DNA of 64,000 nucleotides from an uncultured bacterium (GTDB lineage Bacteria; Chlamydiota; Chlamydiia; Chlamydiales; JAAKFR01): NCBI GenBank assembly GCA_964350245.1, contig CAYGJC010000002.1, positions 69,473 to 133,472 of the forward strand, read 5' to 3'. Shown piece by piece: positions 56,284 to 64,000 of this stretch (position 1 is its first letter; each line of letters starts with the position of its first letter). The notes under the pieces were generated by a model. It saw only the letters and a program-made list of their open reading frames with translations, ran no database searches and was not told where the DNA came from. The position numbers and the translations under genes were made by a program.

Positions 56284-57657
56284 TTATTTTTCGAACAGCT
56301 CAAGAGCGCGACAGATGGTCAGAAAGCCGATTTCTAGGCGATCTAAACCAAAATGCTCATTCGGCGCATGCACCCGATCTCCGGGAAGGCTTAAACCAAC
56401 CAGAACCATTTCGGCACGCGCAGCCTCGGAGAGCTCAACAGCAATCGGAATGGTTCCCCCGATGAGAATTTTGTGGCAGGGCTTTTGGAAAATTTGGGAG
56501 TAACTTTCTGTCATCAGCTGGGCGATTCTGGAATTAGGGTTGGTGCGAAAGCCTCTTCCGTTACCGGGGAAAACCTCGACATCAGTCTGTAGGCCTATAG
56601 GTGTGTTGCTAATTAAAAAGTCACGTACCAGAGCGGTAATCCGCTCAGGATTTTGGTGCGGGACGAGGCGACACGAGATTTTAGCGTGTGCTGTTGCGGG
56701 GATCACGGTCTTAAAACCGGGGCCTGTGTAACCACCCCACATCCCATTAATTTCGAGTGTGGGACGGAGACAGCTGGCTTCGACAGGGGAGATGTCCGTT
56801 TCCATACCGGTCGGTTCAAATCCAAAAAGAGAGAAAAAATGGCCTGCATCAAAGGAGAAAGAGAGCTCTTTTTTCTCATGGGGAGGAATTTCGACCAGTT
56901 CATCGTAAAACCCGGCAATCGCAACACTTCCCCGCTCGTCATGGAGTTGGGCCAGCATTTCAGCAAGCGCTCGGTTGGGATTGTATGCCATCCCTCCCGC
57001 CATTCCAGAGTGGAGATCGTATTCGGCCTCTTTCACATTGACTTGCATGCAAACAATACCACGTGCACCAAGAGTGATAGCGGGCTCTTCGATTTTCTCC
57101 ATTCCGCTATCGACGATAAGTAGGTAGTCGGCTGATAGACTTTCTCTCTTTTCGTCTAGTAGCTGAGCAAGACCTAGACTTCCGCTTTCCTCTTCTCCTT
57201 CAATGACAATCTTCAGATTCACCGGAAGCTGGCCTAATTCTTGCAGTAACATTTTGATTGCCAACATGGTGTAGAAACACTGCCCTTTGTTATCTACAGC
57301 TCCCCGTGCATACACCTCTCCATCTCGAATCGTGGGTTCAAAAGGGGGCGAGAGCCACTCTTCGAGAGGATCCACCGGCTGAACATCATAGTGGCAATAC
57401 AGAAGCAGGGTCTCTTTCCCTTTGCCTGCGCGCAGATCAGAGGCGAAGATAACAGGAGCGCGGTCGGACTCCCACTTCTCTACATTGAGTCCACATTGTT
57501 TCAGGTAGCTCGCGACCCATTCGGCACAACTTTCCACCTCATCTCGGTAGTTGGGGTCTGTAGCGATGCTTTTAAAACGTAAAAACGAAAAAAAATCACG
57601 TAAAACGTTTTCTTTTTCTCTTTCAAATAGCGCTTTTAATTTAGATATATCCAGCAT
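56284..57657 (-). CDS. M20 family dipeptidase/deacylase
   Basis: LLLYCHYDVQPV, GRGAVDNKG and IEGEEESGS metal-ligand motifs. ATG 57657 is preferred. The ORF-track start 57702 would overlap the upstream gene by 67 nt. Confidence 0.87.
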   Translation of the reverse strand: MLDISKLKALFEREKENVLRDFFSFLRFKSIATDPNYRDEVESCAEWVASYLKQCGLNVEKWESDRAPVIFASDLRAGKGKETLLLYCHYDVQPVDPLEEWLSPPFEPTIRDGEVYARGAVDNKGQCFYTMLAIKMLLQELGQLPVNLKIVIEGEEESGSLGLAQLLDEKRESLSADYLLIVDSGMEKIEEPAITLGARGIVCMQVNVKEAEYDLHSGMAGGMAYNPNRALAEMLAQLHDERGSVAIAGFYDELVEIPPHEKKELSFSFDAGHFFSLFGFEPTGMETDISPVEASCLRPTLEINGMWGGYTGPGFKTVIPATAHAKISCRLVPHQNPERITALVRDFLISNTPIGLQTDVEVFPGNGRGFRTNPNSRIAQLMTESYSQIFQKPCHKILIGGTIPIAVELSEAARAEMVLVGLSLPGDRVHAPNEHFGLDRLEIGFLTICRALELFEK

Positions 57658-58769
57658 GTCCAAAAAAATAGATTGATTAATAGAAAAGCGAGCAAGTAAC
57701 ACCGCACTCTGCGGTGATGCTTCTTAACCAAGTGAGGGTCTGCCTCTGCTCTTTTCAAGAAGTTGATGCGCGCAGCAAGAGAGCCATGATGCCAATTTTG
57801 CTTTTTCAAAGGAAGAGAATTTAACTGAGAAATGCGGTTAAGAGCTGTGATCAAGGTAGCAGGGGGAAGGCCTAAAGCAAAGACATGTAGGTCGGCTTGC
57901 CTTTCAAATTGGCGGGAGAAGAATCCGATTAGGAGGCGGACGTAGAGGATGAGCAGAGTGGCGTAGACTAAGTAGCCGATCAGAGGATGGGAGGTTTCTA
58001 TCCAAGGAGAGAGAAGCGCAGCCAATGCGGGGAGACCTAAAAATAGAAAAGGGTAGATCAGTAGATGTTGATGCGCCGCATGTCCGATTTCATGCGCTAA
58101 AACGGCCTCAACTTCCTGTTCAGGAAACGTTTTGAGAAGGGAGTCGGTAAAAAGGATATAACGAAAGCGTGGGAATACTCCAATAATGGCGGCGGTAGTG
58201 GCGTTGCGCATGACGTTCCACTTTAGAATACCGCCATGGCGGAAGCCAAATTGTTTGCACAAAACTTCCAGTCGTTCTTTCAGAGCAGAAGAGGGGAGAG
58301 GATCGCATCTCCAAGTCCACTGAAAGAGCAGAGGAAGGAGCAAAATAATAGCCGAGAGCAAAAAGAGCGAGACAATAAGGAAGATCTCCTCACTAACAAG
58401 AGGTGAGAGCCATAAAGAGGCCGCAAAAAAGAGGAGGAAGGGGCAACAGAATGGGAGAAGAAAAAGCGCGAGATGCCAGTTGAGACCGAACCCCAACGTA
58501 AGATAATAAATGGCCAGATAGAGGATGATTGCAGTGAATGTGTGTGGGACGCCCACCCAGTAAAAGAAAAGAAGCGTATACAAGAAGAGCTCTGAGAGGA
58601 GAATGCTATCCAGAAGGGGGCGGGGGAAGATCTTTTTTTGATTGATAGCAAGAAGGATCAGTGGGACGGCCGAGATTAGAAGTGCAGGTAATCCTTCACC
58701 GGGAGTCTCATTTGGCGCCAAATCAACCGCCAAAAGAGTCAGAATAAAAAAGAAGAGGGCGCGGAGCAT
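57636..58769 (-). CDS. M48 family membrane zinc metalloprotease (HtpX/Ste24-like) with polytopic N-terminal half
   Basis: HEIGHAAHQH zinc motif after ~200 aa of TM helices, plus a downstream FERQADL glutamate motif. Confidence 0.85.
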   Translation of the reverse strand: MLRALFFFILTLLAVDLAPNETPGEGLPALLISAVPLILLAINQKKIFPRPLLDSILLSELFLYTLLFFYWVGVPHTFTAIILYLAIYYLTLGFGLNWHLALFLLPFCCPFLLFFAASLWLSPLVSEEIFLIVSLFLLSAIILLLPLLFQWTWRCDPLPSSALKERLEVLCKQFGFRHGGILKWNVMRNATTAAIIGVFPRFRYILFTDSLLKTFPEQEVEAVLAHEIGHAAHQHLLIYPFLFLGLPALAALLSPWIETSHPLIGYLVYATLLILYVRLLIGFFSRQFERQADLHVFALGLPPATLITALNRISQLNSLPLKKQNWHHGSLAARINFLKRAEADPHLVKKHHRRVRCYLLAFLLINLFFWTCWIYLN

Positions 58770-58772
58770 GCT

Positions 58773-61712
58773 TTATACACTGTACAACGGTAATGGTCTT
58801 TGTAGCAGAGCATTCTCTTTTTCAAGAAGCTCTTTTCCTGCAAAGCACGTGACAATCCCTTGCTCTATACCGGGGAGAAGATGCTCTTTAACCGCTGCTC
58901 GAATTTCTTTTTTAGTTGCCTTACGCAGCTGTTGTCGAAATTGTTGCCGGATTTCAGGGGTGCGCCCTCCCCGTTCTCTCCCATAAGCAGAAATGGCGCG
59001 ACTGCCTGGGGGAGTGGGCGAGTCTAGATCTTGAAAAAGTCCCATTTTGGCCTCTTCAACGTCAGTGGCACGAAACGTGCCTTTTGCCAGCATTTCGACC
59101 GATTCATGGAAGGCCTCAAGAGATGCTTTGAGATGAGGATCTCGATAGGTATAGAAGTAAAACTGCCCCGATAGCACTCCATTTACCGCTCCGGTTCCAT
59201 ACGCTCCTCCTTGCTCGCGAATGCGTTTGTGCAGCACTTTATTTTCCATGATTTCAGAGGCGACACTCAATAGAGCAGCATGGGGATGCGTGTAGCTCAC
59301 AGAGGGGAAAAGCATTGCGGTAAAGGCTACAGGAGAAGCAGTTAGCCGGCCTTGAGAGTGGGTCTCGAGAATGGGATAATCTCCGACCCAAGGGGTAAAA
59401 GAGCGGTTTGAAATGTCTGTCAGTCCATAAAACTGCTCTTTTTTGAGTCTCTCAACAGTGTGTGCATCGCAGCTTAAGACCAGCTGTCCTCCTTCCAACC
59501 CTAAACAAGTGCTCTTCAATTTTTCGAGTTTATGAATTAAAGAAGCGGGTTCTTTTTCAAAAGTCTCAACGATCTTTTTTAACTGCCAGTAATAGTCGAG
59601 TCCGTACCATACACTGAGCAAAGAGGAGGGCACTGAGAGTCCCCGTGCGGCGAGATTAACAGCAAAACGGAGAGAGTTATGCTGGATGCTGTTTTTCAGG
59701 CCATGAAAGTGCTGCATGAGAAGTTCTTTAATGCGCGGGATATCTTGAAAATCGACACTCATGACCATATCGCGGAGAAGAGGAAATAAGTGGTCTATCT
59801 TATGGTAGAGAGATTTGCCTCGAATAGAGAGGCAAGGGCGCATGTGGGAGGGACTATCCACTTGTATCCCAAGATCGAGAGAGACACCTACACCCCCTGT
59901 GTGTTCGAGTTGGTAGGCAAGTAGCTCTTGATAGCTGCGGCCTCCACAACCTAGCTGAGGCAAAAGAACTGAGAAAAGGCGCAGATAGGGCAGATCTTCT
60001 GTTTCGATTGCCGGGAGATCAAAAATCAGATCGGCATAGAGGAGGTCGTTGGTAAAACAAGGGTGATAGATGAGTTCAAGGTTTTCAAATGTCTCATGTG
60101 TGAGCGGAAATTCTTTACCCTCTTTTGCGACATCTTTCAGCGTCACCTTGGGAAGAACATTTAAATCCTCATTTTCCGACTCCTCCTGTAGAGCAGCAAG
60201 AGCTTTGCCCTGTTCAATCAGTGCGCGCACATCAGGCTCTTTGAGTGTGGAGCCGATTTGAATCAGTTTCTCTTGCTCTTCTTCCACTTCCTGGGCAGCC
60301 AGCTCCTTCGCGGGGTGCATCACAACGCGCACATAATGCGGGTTATTCAGAAAGTGTTTTTCAATGAGACTCGTCAAGTAGGTGGGATCCTCCACTCGTT
60401 TGCGTAGATGGACAAATAGCGTGTGGATTTGAAGACCGTCTTCAGGGTTACCCCCGTGCTGTTTAAGCAGGCCAGAGCGGAAGAAAAGGTGGAGGCCATA
60501 AGGAGAGGAGTTTCCGGTTATTTCCGTGCGGGAGATTTCGATTTGATGGATGGCTCCGTCGACAAGGTTTTTTGGCAATCCATCCGTCACAAGAGATTTT
60601 AGGGTTGTTTCAATCAATTTTTCGATAGCCGGAGCGGTATCTGCCTCACATCCTTTGCAATAAAGAACAAAAGGCACTTCACACATGTCCGTTTCAACCA
60701 GAGAATCCGTTTGTTTACACAGGCCTGATTTGAGCAGTTCCATCTTGAGTGGAGCTGCATCTGTTCCCATCAAAACCAGATCAAGAACACAAAGAGCGAG
60801 TAGTTCTTCTTGCTCTAAAATAGAGCAGGTGAGCCATGCCATTCCAACTAGCGTTTTGAAGGTGGCATCTTCCTCTTCAGCAATTGGATACTTCAGTGTT
60901 TTTTCCACTCTTTTTTGAAAGCGTGGCTGTTTGGTTAGGGCAGGCAGAGGCTCTACTTTTTTTACGCCTTCAAGCGCATGCTTTTCTAGAAAATCAAGAT
61001 GTTTTTTAGTAGGAATGTTTCCGTAAAAATAGAACAAACAGCGACTTGGATGGTAAAACTTAGCATGAAAGGCCTTCAGCTGTTCATAGGTTAGATGTGG
61101 AATTTCTCTGGGTTCTCCTCCTGAGTTAACACCGTAGGTGATCGCGGGGAAAAGGGCTTCCATCAGGGCCTCTGAGAGACGCGCTTCACCGGTTGCCATG
61201 GCGCCTTTCATTTCATTGTAGACGATCCCTTTAAAAAGCAGGGGGGTGTTGGGATCTGCTGGGTCTAGAAACTCTAGGCGGTGTCCCTCTTGTAAAAAGC
61301 TGAGTTCGGATAACTTAGGCTTAAACACTGCATCTATATAAACAGAGAGTAAGTTGTAAAAATCTTTTTTTACCTGCGAGGCGGCTGGGTAGCAGGTGAA
61401 ATCAGAGCCGGTTAGGGCGTTCATGAAAGTATTGAGACTACGTCTATTCATCGCAAAGAAGGGGTCGCGTACGGGATAGTTCTCCGAGCCACAGAGAACA
61501 GTGTGCTCGAGGATGTGGGCAACACCGGTTGAGTCTTCAGGCCATGTCTTAAAGGAGAGATTGAAGAGATTTTCTTCGTCATCGTTGGCAATGTGCATCA
61601 CTTGCGCGCCTGTAGGGAGGTGCTCGAGTTCGATAAGGGTACTTTGGATCTCAGAGATGGGGGTGCAGCGCTTCAGAATGAAGTTGCCATATTTTTCTTT
61701 GATGGATTGCAT
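58773..61712 (-). CDS. M16C family metalloprotease (presequence protease PreP-like)
   Basis: HILEHTVLCGS (HxxEH) in the context STGVAHILEHTVLCGSENYPVRDPFF...KDFYNLLSVYIDAVF, very similar to organellar PreP. 979 aa, no signal peptide. Confidence 0.9.
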   Translation of the reverse strand: MQSIKEKYGNFILKRCTPISEIQSTLIELEHLPTGAQVMHIANDDEENLFNLSFKTWPEDSTGVAHILEHTVLCGSENYPVRDPFFAMNRRSLNTFMNALTGSDFTCYPAASQVKKDFYNLLSVYIDAVFKPKLSELSFLQEGHRLEFLDPADPNTPLLFKGIVYNEMKGAMATGEARLSEALMEALFPAITYGVNSGGEPREIPHLTYEQLKAFHAKFYHPSRCLFYFYGNIPTKKHLDFLEKHALEGVKKVEPLPALTKQPRFQKRVEKTLKYPIAEEEDATFKTLVGMAWLTCSILEQEELLALCVLDLVLMGTDAAPLKMELLKSGLCKQTDSLVETDMCEVPFVLYCKGCEADTAPAIEKLIETTLKSLVTDGLPKNLVDGAIHQIEISRTEITGNSSPYGLHLFFRSGLLKQHGGNPEDGLQIHTLFVHLRKRVEDPTYLTSLIEKHFLNNPHYVRVVMHPAKELAAQEVEEEQEKLIQIGSTLKEPDVRALIEQGKALAALQEESENEDLNVLPKVTLKDVAKEGKEFPLTHETFENLELIYHPCFTNDLLYADLIFDLPAIETEDLPYLRLFSVLLPQLGCGGRSYQELLAYQLEHTGGVGVSLDLGIQVDSPSHMRPCLSIRGKSLYHKIDHLFPLLRDMVMSVDFQDIPRIKELLMQHFHGLKNSIQHNSLRFAVNLAARGLSVPSSLLSVWYGLDYYWQLKKIVETFEKEPASLIHKLEKLKSTCLGLEGGQLVLSCDAHTVERLKKEQFYGLTDISNRSFTPWVGDYPILETHSQGRLTASPVAFTAMLFPSVSYTHPHAALLSVASEIMENKVLHKRIREQGGAYGTGAVNGVLSGQFYFYTYRDPHLKASLEAFHESVEMLAKGTFRATDVEEAKMGLFQDLDSPTPPGSRAISAYGRERGGRTPEIRQQFRQQLRKATKKEIRAAVKEHLLPGIEQGIVTCFAGKELLEKENALLQRPLPLYSV

Positions 61713-61772
61713 GCGCCTAATCTACTGCAAGACCCTCTTTTTTTGCCTGAAAAATCTCTTTTTGTCGGTTAA

Positions 61773-61829
61773 ACACGTTTTTCCATGGAAAAACGTGTAA
61801 ATCTACCACCTTTTTCCATGGAAAAACGT
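61773..61829. promoter_or_regulatory. twin CCATGG-centred palindromes in a divergent promoter region (candidate operator pair)
   Basis: A perfect 26-bp palindrome ACACGTTTTTCCATGGAAAAACGTGT at 61773-61798, and a second copy TTTTTCCATGGAAAAACGT at 61811-61829. Centre-to-centre spacing is 33 bp. A half-site-like CACGTTTTCC sits at 61839-61848. Confidence 0.6.
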
Positions 61830-61894
61830 TCAAAATCCCACGTTTTCCGAGGGAATAGTGGCTTATAATCTGGAAAAATCTCTATAATTAGGGA

Positions 61895-63196
61895 ATGAAG
61901 AGAGATATCTATCAACGTCTTGAGAAGTGGAAACGGTCTAGGAGACGTAAACCTTTAATATTAAATGGGGCTAGGCAGGTTGGTAAAACCTATTCTCTCA
62001 AGCGTTTTGGCAAAATCTCCTACGAGAAAGTGGCCTATCTGAATTTTGAGAAGGATGAAAAGCTAGCCTACTATTTTGAAGGGAGCTTGGATCCGATTCG
62101 ATTGATCAAAATGATCAGTATTCACACAGAAGTAGAAATTGAACCTGAAAGCACTCTGCTAATTTTTGATGAAATTCAAAACTGTCCAAAGGCGCTCAAT
62201 AGTCTAAAGTATTTTTGCGAAGAGGCAAACGCCTATCACGTCGTGGCTGCCGGCTCACTTTTAGGAGTTAAAACAGCACAGGAGGAAGGATTTCCTGTTG
62301 GAAAAGTCAATTTTCTCCATTTGTACCCTTTGACTTTTTTTGAATTTCTCTCAGCTCTGGGACGGGAAAAAATTCGACTTTTTTTAGAAGAGTATTGTAC
62401 TTACGAGCCCATCCCTATTCCTATGCATGAAACCCTGATAGAGCTTTTGAAACTCTACTTCTTCATTGGAGGAATGCCTGAGGCTGTTGCGGAATATGCC
62501 AAGAATGAAAATCTAAAAATCACTCGAGAGATTCAGCTCGAAATTTTAAGTGCCTACGAAAAGGATTTTGCTAAACATGCTCCACCTAACGAGATTATGA
62601 AGATCACAACAATTTGGAAGCAGGTGCATCGTCAGCTTGCAAAGGAAAATAAGAAATTTGTTTTTGCAGCAATTCGAAAAAGTGCACGCGGTCGGGATTA
62701 TGAAGAGGCAATCCAGTGGCTTGCAGATGCTGGGCTCATCCATAAGAGCTATCTCGTTAAGTCTCCTAAATTTCCTCTTAGTGCCTATGCAGATCCGAAT
62801 ATTTTCAAGCTATTTTTAGCAGATGTAGGGTTGTTGGGCGCCCAAAGCAATCTCTCCTCCCAAACAATCATCGATGGAAACCTCTTGTTTACAGAATTTA
62901 AAGGATCCCTTACTGAGAATTATGTGGCGCAAGAGTTAATCGCTAACCGGCAACGAGAGATCTATTATTGGACAAGTGAAGGCGCAGCAGAAGTGGATTT
63001 CTTAATCGATGAGGATCACGAGATCTATCCTTTGGAAGTGAAAGCGGGCGCGAGTCAGAAGAAAAAGAGTTTGCTGGTTTACAAGAACAAGTATGCACCT
63101 AGCAAGTTGATCCGTTCCACTACGCTGAATTTAAAACACGACGGCGAGATCTACAATTACCCCCTCTACCTTATCTCCCGTCTCTCGTTTTTTTGA
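61895..63196 (+). CDS. AAA+ ATPase (AAA_14) with C-terminal DUF4143 PD-(D/E)XK-like domain
   Basis: Walker A GARQVGKT and Walker B LLIFDEIQ. The C-terminal EVDFLI...YPLEVKAG fits a D...E-x-K nuclease-fold signature. Confidence 0.85.
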   Translation: MKRDIYQRLEKWKRSRRRKPLILNGARQVGKTYSLKRFGKISYEKVAYLNFEKDEKLAYYFEGSLDPIRLIKMISIHTEVEIEPESTLLIFDEIQNCPKALNSLKYFCEEANAYHVVAAGSLLGVKTAQEEGFPVGKVNFLHLYPLTFFEFLSALGREKIRLFLEEYCTYEPIPIPMHETLIELLKLYFFIGGMPEAVAEYAKNENLKITREIQLEILSAYEKDFAKHAPPNEIMKITTIWKQVHRQLAKENKKFVFAAIRKSARGRDYEEAIQWLADAGLIHKSYLVKSPKFPLSAYADPNIFKLFLADVGLLGAQSNLSSQTIIDGNLLFTEFKGSLTENYVAQELIANRQREIYYWTSEGAAEVDFLIDEDHEIYPLEVKAGASQKKKSLLVYKNKYAPSKLIRSTTLNLKHDGEIYNYPLYLISRLSFF

Positions 63197-63977
63197 AATA
63201 TTTCTGTTTGTTTGAAAGCACAAGAATCGCAGCGAGGAGAGTGAGTAGTCCCGTTTCAATGCACTTGGTCTGCGGTTCCATTTGGAGAGCTTCTTGGGAG
63301 AGGTTAATGACAAAATGAAACAAAATAGCCAGTAGAATACTCTCCCGGTTCAAGTGGTACATCCAGCTAATAATGAATGCGATTGGTATAACGCTCACCA
63401 TAAAATTCACGGCATACCAGACATTTTCTTGGTAAAGGGTGTATTGGTAGTAATCCTTAATAAAAAAAAGCGGAAAGTGCCAAAAAGCCCAGAGCACACC
63501 AAAAATCAAGGTCGCGGTGAAGTAGTTATATCTCTCCTCCAAACTTTCGATTGCATAACCTCGCCAGCCCAACTCTTCAAAGCTGGCCGCCAGAAAAAGA
63601 ACAAGAAAAACAGGAAACACTCCTGCATGAAAGGAAAAACGTTCAGAAAAATGAAATTGCTCCGAAGAGAGGCCAAATAAAAGTGAGAGCGTGATCGATA
63701 GTAGAACCACTATGGGCATGATGACCAACATCAGAGGCAGAGTGGAGAGCTGAATACGTTTGACGTTGAAAAGCTTGTTAAAAAACTCTTTTTTAAGCTC
63801 TTTGTGCTTCCAAGTCAGCCATAGTGCTGTGCCAAATGGAGCTAGTAATCCCGGAATGAGGAGGAGTGAGTAGAGCGCTCCGCTCTGCTCTTGATAGCTG
63901 AGATAGGCCGCAAGAAACCAGCTGAAGCAGGTAATCAGAAAGGTAACGATGTAAAATTTAAGAGGTTTAAATAGCAC
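63171..63977 (-). CDS. CPBP family intramembrane glutamic endopeptidase (CAAX protease / Abi)
   Basis: Motifs FEELGWRGY (EExxxR), AFWHFP (FxxxH) and HFVINL (HxxxN/D) in a polytopic protein. GTG start. Convergent 26-nt overlap with the ATPase gene. Confidence 0.85.
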   Translation of the reverse strand: MLFKPLKFYIVTFLITCFSWFLAAYLSYQEQSGALYSLLLIPGLLAPFGTALWLTWKHKELKKEFFNKLFNVKRIQLSTLPLMLVIMPIVVLLSITLSLLFGLSSEQFHFSERFSFHAGVFPVFLVLFLAASFEELGWRGYAIESLEERYNYFTATLIFGVLWAFWHFPLFFIKDYYQYTLYQENVWYAVNFMVSVIPIAFIISWMYHLNRESILLAILFHFVINLSQEALQMEPQTKCIETGLLTLLAAILVLSNKQKYFKKTRDGR

Positions 63978-64000
63978 AGGTCCTCTTACAGAAATAGTAA

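Noticed and set aside
1-64000. Scan for CRISPR arrays, rRNA, tmRNA/RNase P/SRP RNA, IS elements, integrases and prophage genes
   Set aside because: Apart from the elements reported, I saw no regularly spaced direct repeats. I also saw no rRNA-like conserved blocks and no transposase, integrase or phage-structural ORFs. This negative result comes from visual inspection only.

Overview
Nearly fully coding 64-kb chromosomal segment: about 58 CDS, one tRNA-Arg(CCT), and no rRNA, CRISPR array, transposase, integrase or phage genes. All calls rest on motif recognition by eye; no searches were run.

Several Chlamydiota hallmarks occur together:
- the developmental repressor EUO
- an NTT-type ADP/ATP translocase
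- ytgABCD metal import, with the YtgC permease fused to the DtxR-like YtgR repressor
- LpxB carrying the chlamydial LAB_N membrane extension
- a plant-type soluble glycerol-3-P acyltransferase (PlsE) next to a pitrilysin-like M16 peptidase
- CIRCE-hrcA-grpE-dnaK
- a truncated dcw cluster, rsmH-ftsL-ftsI-murE-amiA

The presence of gnd, sucCD, a sugar porter and extra hydrolases suggests an environmental, protist-associated chlamydia rather than Chlamydiaceae.

Most of the window is ordinary housekeeping. I found no clear multi-gene novel system. The best leads are:
1. A GH64-like beta-1,3-glucanase with a signal-less N-terminal extension, in an apparent operon with a eukaryote-type sugar porter and a PerM permease.
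2. A eukaryote-like DHCR24/DWF1-type FAD oxidoreductase.
3. A terminal AAA_14-DUF4143 ATPase/nuclease gene convergent with a CPBP/Abi protease, preceded by twin CCATGG-centred palindromes.
4. An orphan convergent gene pair, one member translationally coupled to the M16 peptidase.
5. An Mrp-DUF971 (HCF101-like) Fe-S carrier that lacks the CxxC motif and overlaps the start of the ytg operon.
6. A 159-bp element with 34-bp inverted termini beside the tRNA.
7. A diverged duplicate of the ftsY 3' end.
8. An untracked DUF3096-like small ORF.
9. Several proteins with internal duplications.

Several ORF-track starts were moved to internal starts supported by RBS, overlap or homology logic.
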